A DNA stretch of 64,000 nucleotides, from the NCBI GenBank assembly GCA_000002445.1, contig CM000208.1, positions 1,792,001-1,856,000 on the forward strand, given 5' to 3'. This document shows, one piece after another, positions 11,701-20,312 of this stretch (its first letter is position 1; each line of letters opens with the position of its first letter). The position numbers and the translations under genes were made by a program. The notes beneath the pieces were generated by a model. The model made no database searches, was not told the DNA's origin, and saw nothing but the letters and a program-made list of their open reading frames with translations. The DNA is from Trypanosoma brucei. Lineage: Eukaryota.

Positions 11701-13340
11701 AGCCCCAGTTCGCGCCAGCGGTTTTGTATCAACCCGCGCAAACTGGTTGGCGGTGCTTTGGCGGGGTTCGTACACCCAACCAGCTCCTCACGGAAGCTCC
11801 TCCAAGTCAGATGTTCTTCGAGCCATGAAACCACGTAGCACGTTACCTTCGCATCCTTCCGCTCATAGCTGTCCCGAATGTATGGAAAGAAGCCGTTAAT
11901 CACAAAAGCATTCTCCTCAGAGAGGCGCGCAACGTACGCTCCAGGGGCAACCTTCAACACATCAGTGCATGAGCACCACATCTCGTACAACTCGGTGGAG
12001 GATATATCCCCAAGGATGCGCAAGGCAGAATCAGCATTCCACACCCGTCCACTCCGAACCAACTCCTTCCAGGACATGCCAAACCGCTCCTGGAATTCTT
12101 GCATTGTTTTGGGGCTCAACTCGATCAAATCGGGTGTTAAAACAGCGGCGTACTTCGCAATGGTTCCGTAATGCTGCTCCATCACGTGCCTCGACGCTAT
12201 TTCGCTTCCAGAGATATGGTGTTGAGACAAGATTTGTACGCCCTTAACCTGTGTGAGTCGTTCCTCCACCAGCGCTCGGGTTTCGGGGGTGTTGGCGTGG
12301 GGTTTCACAAACAGCAGGGCCCTGTTGCGTACCTCGTCTGGATCTTCATCGTTTAGTACAATAGTCCAATCAGCTATGCGTGAAGGTGAAATCGGAGTAT
12401 CAGCTTGATTCTTCCGTTCACTTAGGCACTTTTGTCTCTCATCAGCATAAACAGCGGCCACTAGACAGGTAGCCTCACTACTCTGCATGTCTTCTGTAAT
12501 CTCAAATACAGAGCGACACGCGCCCTTGTAGCTGATGGGGGGATTTTTCATCAGTCCCTCAACAAAACCTCGCCCAACACCCTCTTGCAGCAGCTGCCGC
12601 CCAAAGTCATCTTCGTTGATACCACGATGCATCCACACAGAGCGGAGCGCAAGTGCCTCAATGGGCCCATTGGCATATATCAGGCCGTTGTCCGCAATGC
12701 TTGGTTGTTCACTGAGCCCGTATTCCTCCCAGTTCTCGTACATCAATCGGCGGAGGGACGTTGAGTCGGCTTCGCTGGGGTCCGCCGCGCCGATCACCTC
12801 TAAACAAAACCGTTTCCACGAGTACCGCGCCTCGGGCCATGAAAGGACGAAGAAACAAATCTTACTAGTGGGAGCGGTGAAGGAATTAAATAGCAGCGGG
12901 TAAAAGCCATTAATTACATATAGCCCTTCCTCTTTGAAATATGATACATAGAACCCGTACTCAAGCCGAACCCGCAATTTGGATGACCACCAACGGGCGT
13001 TTAATCCTTCCATAGTTGTATTGAGGGCTACCATAGCATCCTCGGGGGTCAGCACACGCCGTTCCTCCATCGCGACGGTCCAAGATTCACCAAACGCAGA
13101 GAAAAAAAGCATGGCAGACTCCTCTGAAGCGAATGTCCCCATTTCTAGAGAGGAGGACATGACACGCGCCGCAGTTGCGCTGTAATGTCGCTCCACATAC
13201 GCGCCCCGGCTAACCTCCTGGCCTGTCAGTAGCTGCATGTCGTCCACGCGAATCCCATGGGAGTCAAAATGATCTCGTGCCTTCTCAATAAACGTATCCC
13301 TGCATGCACTGGGTTTAACTAGTACGAATGATGTATTCAT
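5775..13340 (-). CDS. Giant 2521-aa protein built from seven tandem ~330-360-aa modules, each a divergent nucleoside diphosphate kinase (NDK)-like domain with a large insertion. The C-terminal ~200 aa is non-repetitive and ends in a degenerate EF-hand-like motif
   Basis: Uninterrupted 7.5-kb ORF with a genuine ATG at approx 13338-13340. Seven NDK-like motif series recur. Motif 1 (compare NDK IKPDG): LVKPSA, FVKPHA, VLRPFA, WVKPHA, VVNPAC, LMKTGS, ILKPHA. Motif 2 (compare NDK MVWEG): YV(V/I)NGF...VVSW(D/E/N)...W..F....(I/V)G. Motif 3 (compare NDK PGTIRGDF): P(T/G/E)S(L/I/F)R(G/R/H).....W...GL. Motif 4 (compare NDK NIIHGSD...EI.LWF): NGVHASAGPLEA...W, NGFCASATPVEG...W, NGLHVSQGAIQAIRER, NVVLASEGPLQAYKERDLW, NGLIYANGPIEAL..SVW, GAVMASASPLEAM...W, SAAVSVSQGPLEG...W. 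The histidine at the NDK catalytic position is retained in only 2 of 7 modules. Confidence 0.8.
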   Translation of the reverse strand: MNTSFVLVKPSACRDTFIEKARDHFDSHGIRVDDMQLLTGQEVSRGAYVERHYSATAARVMSSSLEMGTFASEESAMLFFSAFGESWTVAMEERRVLTPEDAMVALNTTMEGLNARWWSSKLRVRLEYGFYVSYFKEEGLYVINGFYPLLFNSFTAPTSKICFFVLSWPEARYSWKRFCLEVIGAADPSEADSTSLRRLMYENWEEYGLSEQPSIADNGLIYANGPIEALALRSVWMHRGINEDDFGRQLLQEGVGRGFVEGLMKNPPISYKGACRSVFEITEDMQSSEATCLVAAVYADERQKCLSERKNQADTPISPSRIADWTIVLNDEDPDEVRNRALLFVKPHANTPETRALVEERLTQVKGVQILSQHHISGSEIASRHVMEQHYGTIAKYAAVLTPDLIELSPKTMQEFQERFGMSWKELVRSGRVWNADSALRILGDISSTELYEMWCSCTDVLKVAPGAYVARLSEENAFVINGFFPYIRDSYERKDAKVTCYVVSWLEEHLTWRSFREELVGCTNPAKAPPTSLRGLIQNRWRELGLQGIPTTTNNGVHASAGPLEAVLERYLWIGSPLTHDPLTLRLQERGLTGALLYGWRSNPAVVMADGVRSGHVFDLLENLQTSEVVDLMCEAEQHVLAEYNERSVNRAVVVLRPFAVNEWTIETVRNCFAAADVAVVRELTLLSRSVEKRYLGSNEFLKLAHWADFKKDDMCGNVSSSIKKQFHAQFGYTWEGCVISGQLMGATSACEVLGLTPTELLHLWESVQPVQLHSNCWVVHLTDHEIYVLNGFVPFVRETHGKPGSVTHVFDVEWKEDVWTWHDLSERLVGFSDDCIPYKATEGSLQRTFADEWKGFGLPFKPASRWSAAVSVSQGPLEGTVDREIWLDVQLPEDHFVQRLLLEGVPLSMLTTYIDGERNPQDEDDEEEEEGVKAIKNIDDTSSPPPKSWTSRKNWSATGCFLPQYTRSDLSYHVQSSEVVRRMKVITSRFLRGLKMNYAFLWVKPHACTKHVEAWIPKALLQHRIEVISSGRVPMAEVFDKELADRKQCTLYRNAMTRAVHEIPISTKQMAEFDATFGITWNTAMNLHLVINAAQAVDRIGVLQLLKDWDEAPRKVCLAPSLYIAYLEREGLYVVNGFYPYLRSRMYAGSHVSWYVVSWDSEIMTWGDFHRYVIGTDVPEKAEESSLRHTLYKSWVELGLQRQPDGIDNGFCASATPVEGLADRVSWLGVSLEQDVFGRLLVMGGVDPGYLRKILENPLVRHREEPLESMGDAFDKLCTENPLLIAQLIGLQSSGGMHIVSPQAPRFVPVPPELSSSHEYKVKRDTGKECVDGCKGVLRAEGKPLCPEGDTSSTLKDEEGNLKRNYAFIVVNPACTSSEASDRVINYIADFLRHYNIRIDGSGSMVGGNQDLSSVAHAVQDGVFKYAVRQSPYQYALDSEALSLFLSTFGTMWDPRKVFNAVDAAVEFDYSAAYLRDRWLMCEPLARIAPNCFVGKMPDHDVYVVNGFALHTVETFCGEANMKYFLTVSWNSSDMDYAHFMDYIIGDPYLKEARPGSLQQVLCEEWKAAGLRRPPDSFEGAVMASASPLEAMRLKQMWLSLGIKRDAVCRFGMDELSITPYVMRRCLTNPRTPCGDGRFLFDMARRMNSKEALQLLQSENFAHLSEAPRNSAFVLMKTGSLCRGFALTVETVFARARVRIDEEGDVSAATLRERDFVQHLYAVELEYADCDVSTIKLSRKERDRVQLSFGVSWCNLLEGGVLVNAYEALVALSNITPVQLFYKCTAASRRLMVRPGLEIFELPFDGVFVVNGLMPGLKCFLESSEAMHHWYVVSWEPREMDWPTFLEEVVGSESPADAVPTSIRGQLNRRWRDYGITEPPDELRNGLHVSQGAIQAIRERTKCVKYSVQEDYLGSLLLRKGVLECVLQTWVENPEVLSGGIKMSIFEHLGQCDTSRVMFMMTALSEELKREEEEVDPTGAARLPANECAHDGGRDGTASTPTQERHSTLGEEAEGPMTVSSRAPQPAETGPSLLYRNTAMIILKPHAAGNVKVMGLLERVLNENGIRIKREVRKRTTPTLIEKQFSSPMLYATTCTNGYLDVTPGGEDDFYDAFGEEWKEAAKSQRVVGAREALIRFSLTPSQLYVKWSLPQQQHVHLAYDMEITKFHAEDVYVVNAAIPFECERMIESEPGVNDVHCYIVSWDQRDCSWKKFLHDVIGDPDPERAVPTSFRGELFSDWEDYDLPVRPNRIDNVVLASEGPLQAYKERDLWCGTGDFAPDPLVRALCHVDHDPTDLSEWAENPLVRYTGSKRHELNDGYYTGHMFSFVHGLDTKQFIDVLTEREGTFVPLAPAHIGLDEKVSGNGPDVECERPKSREDDWVCDPQHYFGNPARNSDEAALKGWLWESLLHASAEDVPRLWVHYGGKLECKEELRKQGYVSSLLSRVAASSAGNRSSICDILRSTIDGEAFERDIKMLDFFGQPPSKGKMSKMFEGMRRRGNGRMTYEEFRVALAMIHQM

Positions 13341-13399
13341 CGGTGGTAATACGTCTTGAAAAAGTCTTTGTTACCTTGCTTCTTCTTGTGTATTCTGAA

Positions 13400-13520
13400 A
13401 GGAAGTGCAAAGGTGGTATATGATTTAGGCGGAACAACCAACAAGACAAGTAAAAGGAACAGGCACAAACTGGAAGAAAACGAAAAGCGCAAAATCGGCA
13501 ACAGAACAGGAACATCTAAA
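13400..13520 (-). promoter_or_regulatory. Polypyrimidine tract (coding-strand sense) upstream of the giant ORF; candidate trans-splicing / polyadenylation-coupling signal
   Basis: The plus strand at 13400-13520 is strongly A/G-rich (ggaacaaccaacaagacaagtaaaaggaacaggcacaaactggaagaaaacgaaaagcgcaaaatcggcaacagaacaggaaca), so the minus strand is polypyrimidine. It lies 60-180 nt upstream of the ATG at 13340. This is the typical kinetoplastid arrangement. Confidence 0.4.
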
Positions 13521-13911
13521 TGCATTTCGTCAGGTAGCAGGTACATCCTGCGAAATAAAAAGAACGGATGCTATTGCTCGTAGACGGAAACTGCAAAACA
13601 AATGTATGATATAAAATATATCATACATTTATGCCGACTTTTTTTTTGGGGGGGGAGGGTACAACGAGAAACCCAACAACAGTAAAAACTAAAAAAAAAA
13701 GTGAGAAAACTTTACGCTGAAGCGCATCTAAAGAGAGTATACGTGAAGAGTGAAAAGAAATGGATGCTTGCAGGAGCGTATGACCGAAACATACCAAGGA
13801 GGCAGGAACTTACGTGTACGTCTCAAAATGCGAACCTGCACACCGGAGAACGTATTTCCCCCAACCTCCCCAAACGCACTGAATGTTTGTCTGTTCGCCT
13901 TAGCTTGTTTT

Positions 13912-15969
13912 CTAACGAGGAAATCGGAGCGCCGCGTTATACTCATTTATGAGCGCTACGGCGTCGCCCGGAATAGCCAACATGGCAGTGTTTAACTGAA
14001 CCAAATAAGCGGCCACCTGCATACCCTCCGCCACCCCTGACACAAGGCTCCGAATCTTTTCTACCTGCTGTTGGTGAAGGTGTATAGCGTTTTCATTTTC
14101 TAGAAGCGCACGCATAAGCGTTGCCACGTCATGGCCATGAAACACGCACTCACCCCTGTGGCAACTCTCCCCATAAGTTAGCGGAATGGTTCGTCCAGCG
14201 TTGCGGTCGACAAACATGCTAAAATCCACTAATTTTTCCCAGTGCACTGGAATTAGCAATGCCGAGGTCATGTCCTGAGCACCGCCACCATCAGGTAGAG
14301 CAAAGAAAATGTGGTTCAATCCGTAGAGATTACCGTGCACCGTGCGTCTCGCAACAAGGTCCAACAGCATCTTGAGTATTAGCTTCATACACGTAGGAAA
14401 CGAGCAAGGCGACAGGGGAAGAAGAGAGAGCGGAACGCTGCGGTACCCTTTAGCCAGTGTAATGACGGTCAGCCCCCCATCAGAGTAGCGGTAGCCGGCA
14501 ACATGCACAGCGGATGTACTGCCAGTGACATACGATAATCCAAGTGCCGCACGATGTGCCTCATTTACTCCCTCTTGCACTGCTCTTACGCTCCAGCGGT
14601 AAATAAGAGCCTGCGGAGGTGAGCCCATGGCAGAAGAACAAGAAGGGATAACTGAGGGCACGCCCTGCGTTGGACCCTCCGTCATTTCCTGCGCCTCGTA
14701 CACATCAGCAGAGGCATGGTGGCACACGATACGGTAAAAACGGCCTTCCAGAACCAAAACTTTGCCAGGCGATACCTGCGGTGCGGACGCATCACTTGTG
14801 TAAAATTCGCCACCTGAGCAGAACGCCTCAACGTTTGCGTTAACAAACGACAAAACGCTAGCAGCGGGGATGGTTTGGCTTTGAGCTCCATAAACCTTAG
14901 TAGGTATAGTGACGGGATGATGAACAGTGGACTGCGGCGTCGGTCCGCACTTGGGTGGGAAAAGCTGCTTTGTCGTGCGAAACTCCGACAACCCCTCTCC
15001 TGCGCGTTGCGATGCGGACCCATCCGCAGGACATTCAGGAGACGTTTTGGCGTGGAGCACCGAACTACTTGACGTTACGCCCTCCCCTCCTAGTCTATCG
15101 TTGACGGCACCTTGCCACTCCAAAGGAGACGCTGTGCTGCTTCGCAGAGGTGGCGCCGCCGAGGCTAATTGGCTCGTTTGGTTCTCGGACGACTGCCCAA
15201 GATCTTCACCAGTAGAGAGCAGCACTGGAAACGCGGAATGACGACCATCTGATATCACCTCTGATTGAAATAGTAATTGATCCCGTGGTTGTTGCCGCGG
15301 CTGCCCGACAACACCTTCTGACCATGGAAAGGGGTTCACGCATGGATTCGCTCTCCTATCAGGGTAAGTGGAAAATTGAGACATCGGAACCGTGCCAGCC
15401 GCTGCCGCCGCTGGTGTTAGCGTGTACGACTCCGATGGGGCGACCAAGCTGGAAAACCGCTGAGTTGATGCAGACACCTCAAAGTTACTTTCTGTGTCAT
15501 TCATTGGGGGCAAGTTGACATATGGTGTTGGTCGGTACACGGAGTCCCTGCCCTCGTGGTCCTGTTCCTCCACGTGGCCCACTGGGCGGGTCACAGAAGC
15601 GTGGTTTCTCTCATTACTAACACCAGTACCCGAAGCGAGACGCACAGCAGAGTTTCGTGTGGCATCCCCTCGTCCCTCCACACGGAGGAGTTCGTGTTGC
15701 ACCTCCGACTCGATTATTTGGTAGAGTACACACAGTTCACGACCACAGTTATCACGCACTGGAAACTGGGAACGAAACACTACATTGGGGTCTCGTGAAG
15801 TGAGCAGGCCATTCCTTCTCTTGGCATCATCCGTCTGGCATCGCAAACCCTCCACAGAGGTGGCATCTTCATCCTCTTTCATGTAATCGAGCAATGACAT
15901 GCGCCTGATGTAAGTCCTGTCAAACCCGTAGTAGGCCTTGTAGGGTGAATACGCATTGACTTCTTCCAT
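13912..15969 (-). CDS. Hypothetical 685-aa protein; low-complexity Ser/Pro-rich middle; C-terminal protein-kinase-like domain that is probably catalytically dead (pseudokinase)
   Basis: The C-terminal region has LILKMLLDLVARRTVHGNLYGLNHIFF (compare kinase subdomain VIb HRDLKPxN, with HGN replacing HRD). It is followed by LVDFSMFV (compare DFG, here DFS). No clear Gly-loop or VAIK lysine is seen upstream. Confidence 0.5.
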   Translation of the reverse strand: MEEVNAYSPYKAYYGFDRTYIRRMSLLDYMKEDEDATSVEGLRCQTDDAKRRNGLLTSRDPNVVFRSQFPVRDNCGRELCVLYQIIESEVQHELLRVEGRGDATRNSAVRLASGTGVSNERNHASVTRPVGHVEEQDHEGRDSVYRPTPYVNLPPMNDTESNFEVSASTQRFSSLVAPSESYTLTPAAAAAGTVPMSQFSTYPDRRANPCVNPFPWSEGVVGQPRQQPRDQLLFQSEVISDGRHSAFPVLLSTGEDLGQSSENQTSQLASAAPPLRSSTASPLEWQGAVNDRLGGEGVTSSSSVLHAKTSPECPADGSASQRAGEGLSEFRTTKQLFPPKCGPTPQSTVHHPVTIPTKVYGAQSQTIPAASVLSFVNANVEAFCSGGEFYTSDASAPQVSPGKVLVLEGRFYRIVCHHASADVYEAQEMTEGPTQGVPSVIPSCSSAMGSPPQALIYRWSVRAVQEGVNEAHRAALGLSYVTGSTSAVHVAGYRYSDGGLTVITLAKGYRSVPLSLLPLSPCSFPTCMKLILKMLLDLVARRTVHGNLYGLNHIFFALPDGGGAQDMTSALLIPVHWEKLVDFSMFVDRNAGRTIPLTYGESCHRGECVFHGHDVATLMRALLENENAIHLHQQQVEKIRSLVSGVAEGMQVAAYLVQLNTAMLAIPGDAVALINEYNAALRFPR

Positions 15970-16399
15970 ATTTCCCCCTCACAACTACAAGTTCCCCTTC
16001 TGCTCAAAGAACTCGCACCACAAAACTATGGAAACAACGCCTCACCAACAAGTCTACACACGGCTTCAGCCTTCGACCCACTCCCTTCCGCACACAAAAT
16101 GACACGAAAACGAAAAGACTGTGATGCAAAGGTACACAGAAATTGAAGGCTGCAAGGCAAAGAAAGAAGTTAGAGCTAACGACGATTATGGCACCAATGA
16201 GTATGGTTGGTAAGGGAAAAAAAAACAAATCGAACGGTCCAGAGGTATATGGAAACACAAAAAATAACGAGTACGTACGTGTATATACACAAATAAATAT
16301 ATGTAAAAGTCTCTTTACTACCACATTCAGGATGACGAAGTTTCAGTGATCCAAATCCAATTCGCACTTAGCTCAAAATCAAACGATCGCGCACGCGCC

Positions 16400-17803
16400 T
16401 TACCCACTGGGTGGGGCACTATGCTTTATAACAGTAACACAAATCAACTCCCGACACTCAGGGTAGGACAAAACTTTGTCCAACGATTCACGTGAGGCGT
16501 GCAACCCCACATTCGTCGAGCCTCTAATACCGTTCATTCCCCTACCCGCCGTCTTCTGCTCTGTCTCTCTCTGGCCAGCTTCTTGTGACAGCCACCGCAG
16601 AGCCACACTGTCCAACATTTCAAACACCGTCAACGACAGCTCACCTCCTGCCCTGTTGTCATCGTTTTCCACACTATTGCTATTACTGTTGCCACTGACA
16701 CCGTCCCCACCTCCAGCACTAATCATTATATTGGGAACGAAATGGCCACTATTGGTGTAGCCGTGCACGATGTCACCAATCCGAGTGGTTGCCATCTCTC
16801 GGCGTATTGTGAAGAGGTGCGCCACCATTGGACACAGTAAACCCATCACGTGCGCAGGGGACACCATGACATGGACGAAGCTTGTAATCGGAGTAGTGTC
16901 ACGTGGGAGTTGTTCCTGCCGCTGCTGCCTCTGGTACTTCAACAATGCAGGGCTGCGAAGTGAGAAGGGGGGCTCACGAGCACGGGACAAGAGAGGTCGT
17001 GCGAACAGGAGCGCCACAACTTTCAACAATCGAAAGAGCAACGGGACTCTCCCCGGAATGTAGCATCCCGGTACGCTATGGTGCAACATGGCACCGCGCA
17101 ACACGATTAAAAGGTGCCGCAAGTAGCGGGATACCTCACAAGAGAGCGTCACAGTGTCCACCAGCTCGCAACCATCCTCTGAGAGCATCACTTCAAGCAT
17201 ATTGCGCCTATTGACGACGTTTGACTCATCATTGTCTGTAGACTGAATAACCGCAGCACTTTCCATGGTGAACGATGACATGTACGTGGATAGTGCGAAA
17301 CCTGCACGTAACCATTCCGGGACTGCCGTTGCGAATACACGGGCGTCACAGTACGCCACAATACGCAAAGAAGGCACGCGTCGAACCTCCCCACCCACAC
17401 GGACAACGGAGAACTGCAGCACATCCATGATTGCGGACTGCACGGAGGGTGTAGCGGCAGCCAGGCCAGTTAAGCAGATAATATTCACAGGCCGTTGTTT
17501 CCCCTCTACGATATTGTTACCGGTAGAACTAGCGGTTTCTGCGCGGGATACGAAACTGCAGAAGGTTTCACTACTGGTTTGTTCGGTGAGTCGCAGCTCC
17601 AAGTACGTTGGCCCCTTCGGCATCGATGTCACGGTGGTGTTACAAGCCCCGTCATGAAGTACAAGAAGGTGTGCGGATGGCACGCAACAACATACTGAGA
17701 CAAGCACGTACAGCTGCCGGCACTCGCATAGCACTGGATGGTTCGTAGCGGGCCACTGACTGGAAAGGGGATCGGGAAAACACTGGCTAAACGTGGCCGG
17801 CAT
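16400..17803 (-). CDS. Hypothetical protein, 467 aa, no recognisable domain
   Basis: Long ORF on the cluster strand with non-repetitive composition. The downstream gap to the next gene is ~430 bp. Confidence 0.5.
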   Translation of the reverse strand: MPATFSQCFPDPLSSQWPATNHPVLCECRQLYVLVSVCCCVPSAHLLVLHDGACNTTVTSMPKGPTYLELRLTEQTSSETFCSFVSRAETASSTGNNIVEGKQRPVNIICLTGLAAATPSVQSAIMDVLQFSVVRVGGEVRRVPSLRIVAYCDARVFATAVPEWLRAGFALSTYMSSFTMESAAVIQSTDNDESNVVNRRNMLEVMLSEDGCELVDTVTLSCEVSRYLRHLLIVLRGAMLHHSVPGCYIPGRVPLLFRLLKVVALLFARPLLSRAREPPFSLRSPALLKYQRQQRQEQLPRDTTPITSFVHVMVSPAHVMGLLCPMVAHLFTIRREMATTRIGDIVHGYTNSGHFVPNIMISAGGGDGVSGNSNSNSVENDDNRAGGELSLTVFEMLDSVALRWLSQEAGQRETEQKTAGRGMNGIRGSTNVGLHASRESLDKVLSYPECRELICVTVIKHSAPPSG

Positions 17804-18323
17804 TTCTCCACTGTTGAAGCGTTACAGCTACGGTATGTGTCTCAAGTGCTGTAGGACGACACTCCCAATAACATATCTTGCCACACACGTAGAGAAGGAG
17901 GGGAACGACGTTGCCCAACATTCAGTAACAAAGGAATAACACACAAACAAACCAAGGAGGAAAGGAAAGTTGCGTTTAAAAAACAATAAAGTCGCGAGGG
18001 GAACACAAAAGAAAAGCGGGAAATACTCAAGAAAAAAACGTAACCAACCACGGCTATGGCGCGCGTAAAAAGCACACAGCGCAGGACACCTCAAATAGCG
18101 CTGCGAGAGAAGGAAAAGAGAGGGTAAGAAAACGGCTGTGAGATCAATCGCTACACCACAACCATAAAAGAAATACTGAGAAGGGGCGGCAACGAAACGC
18201 ATCCACTGAGGAAGCGTTCGCCCCGTTGATGGACAGGCCCCTTATCCTTTTTCGTCTTCGTGAAGCAGAAACGATAACGCAGTTTCGTGGAAACGGTATG
18301 GAAAAAAAAAGAAATTGCAAGGT

Positions 18324-19901
18324 CTATAGTGCGTCAGGAGAATCGATGCGTGGGGAAAGTGCGTTATCGTCTCCAAAATTACTTACGTCCCAAAGCTCCT
18401 CCCCACTTAAATTGTGGGGCTCGTGGCTGCCATTGGCTCTAGTACCTGCCACCGCCCCAGTCGCAGTGCGCCGACGGGAAACTACCCTTCTAGTGTCTGA
18501 AATGTTTGTAAATGCGTGAGAAAAATCATCGTTACCCTGCAGGGCGTCAGGAGTAAATGCAGTGCCTCCATCACCAAAGGCTGTGCTTTCATTCTGCCTC
18601 TCTCCCCCAAAGACGTCAGGATACCCTATACTGCCAGGACGCTGCCATTGTTGTACCGTTGCCGCTTGGTTGTCACCTACCGATGCGTCGAAACCCCCCA
18701 CAGCTCCTGGGGCCAAACCCGCTCTATTGAGAGATAAGTCACTGAGGTTATCGACATTAAAAACATCAGCTAAATTGTCAGCACCACGTCCCATCATCCC
18801 TGAGCCAAACGGGGGCACGGTGTCGCCGACACCCTGCACCACAGGAGTCCCATCCGGCCTCAGTGGCTCCGCCTTTTGCAGCCCCGAAGAGCCCCAATGC
18901 ATCGCGCTTCCTCCCGCATGAGGTTCATCCTCCAACAGAGAGTGCATATTTTTGAACTGCTCTTCCTGGGCGCGGGTGGCGAATAGTCTTCGCATTTCCT
19001 CCACCTGTTCGTTGTAGTCGGCTTCTGTCATAAGGGCATAACTTCGCACGATGCGGACTCGTTCCCCTCTCCCAATAGCATCACGAGCCTCCGATATGAT
19101 CCTCTCCCGTGCCGCGGTATGAATGCTGAGTGCTGCCTTATCTACAGAAAGCCTTATACCAGTCTTTTCCCACGGTACGTCTGACATTGAAAAAAGGGCT
19201 ATTGCCGGATCGTGTGATTTATATACCCGTGTGACAAGTCCGATTGTGTATATGATAAGGTTGACAATGGCTGCTCCCATAGCCCACTCGAGCCGGGTTC
19301 CGAACAGATGGAACCCATCAAAGCCAGACTCTAGAAGTTTCTCGTTATCTTCCTCGGCGAGCTTAGCCGCACAGAATTCCAAACTGGCACTGTAGTAAGA
19401 CCGAACAGGACCTGACACCGCCACAAGCGCGATGATCGTGACGGTCAAAACGTATGCCAATACATTTAAAATGAGATGCACTGGTACGTGTAGACCAAAC
19501 AAATGCATATGACGAATATTGGTGGAGTAGCAATACCCACCCGCAACACCGTTGAGGGCCGCCAGGAACTGCACAACTAGAACAGCGCGCATGTGTTGCA
19601 GCATAGAAATAATCGCAAAGGGAAGAGACTTAGCGTTGACACCCACCACCACTCCGACACCGTAAATTGGCATTATGCCTTCGTACTCGCAGTTACTCAT
19701 CACCATTTCTAGCGAATCAGAAAGATTCGCGCCGGGAGCGCTGAAGCTGCCATGCATACCTGCCTGCAATCGAACGTCAGCCTCGGTTAGAAGCACAACG
19801 TAACTAATGACGAAAATCGCCGCACCCAACTGATAAAGTACCCTCATTACTCGTTCAACCCTCTGTCGGGGGGACGTAGGAAACGGAAAGACGAAAAACA
19901 T
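18324..19901 (-). CDS. Multipass membrane protein (about 4 predicted TM helices in the N-terminal half) with a long Gly/Asp/Asn-rich, probably disordered, C-terminal tail
   Basis: Hydrophobic segments include AAIFVISYVVLL, IMPIYGVGVVVGV, VLVVQFLAALNGVAGG, LILNVLAYVLTVTIIALVAV and AIVNLIIYTIGLV. The C-terminal 250 aa is rich in G, D, N, S and FG/GG dipeptides. Confidence 0.55.
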   Translation of the reverse strand: MFFVFPFPTSPRQRVERVMRVLYQLGAAIFVISYVVLLTEADVRLQAGMHGSFSAPGANLSDSLEMVMSNCEYEGIMPIYGVGVVVGVNAKSLPFAIISMLQHMRAVLVVQFLAALNGVAGGYCYSTNIRHMHLFGLHVPVHLILNVLAYVLTVTIIALVAVSGPVRSYYSASLEFCAAKLAEEDNEKLLESGFDGFHLFGTRLEWAMGAAIVNLIIYTIGLVTRVYKSHDPAIALFSMSDVPWEKTGIRLSVDKAALSIHTAARERIISEARDAIGRGERVRIVRSYALMTEADYNEQVEEMRRLFATRAQEEQFKNMHSLLEDEPHAGGSAMHWGSSGLQKAEPLRPDGTPVVQGVGDTVPPFGSGMMGRGADNLADVFNVDNLSDLSLNRAGLAPGAVGGFDASVGDNQAATVQQWQRPGSIGYPDVFGGERQNESTAFGDGGTAFTPDALQGNDDFSHAFTNISDTRRVVSRRRTATGAVAGTRANGSHEPHNLSGEELWDVSNFGDDNALSPRIDSPDAL

Positions 19902-20312
19902 GACAGCTCGCTCAATGTATGCCGAGAGAAGAGCGAAGAAAAAAGGAGGGAGCTGGTTTGGTACAACGCAGCTCCTAAGTTTATGAATATGTGTATTTAT
20001 GTATGTATGGTACGACTTTGCTTCACTAAGGGGAAAACCTGAAGCGTTTGAAAACTCTTGTGTCTCTACTCTACTTTTATCGGAAGTATCGGTGTAAGTT
20101 CTCTCTGCGACAACACCTTAGATAAATTCAAATGGAGGAAAAGAGAAAGTTAGAGCAGAATAAGAAGCAATATAAATAGAAAATGCAAAAGCCACCTCAT
20201 CAAAGCACCTAGCACAACAACGGCGTGAGAGTTACCGGTAAAGGTGTATTAAATAGACACGCTCTCCGCCACGCATCGACATGTACTCCACCACCTGTAT
20301 TCCCCCGTGTGA

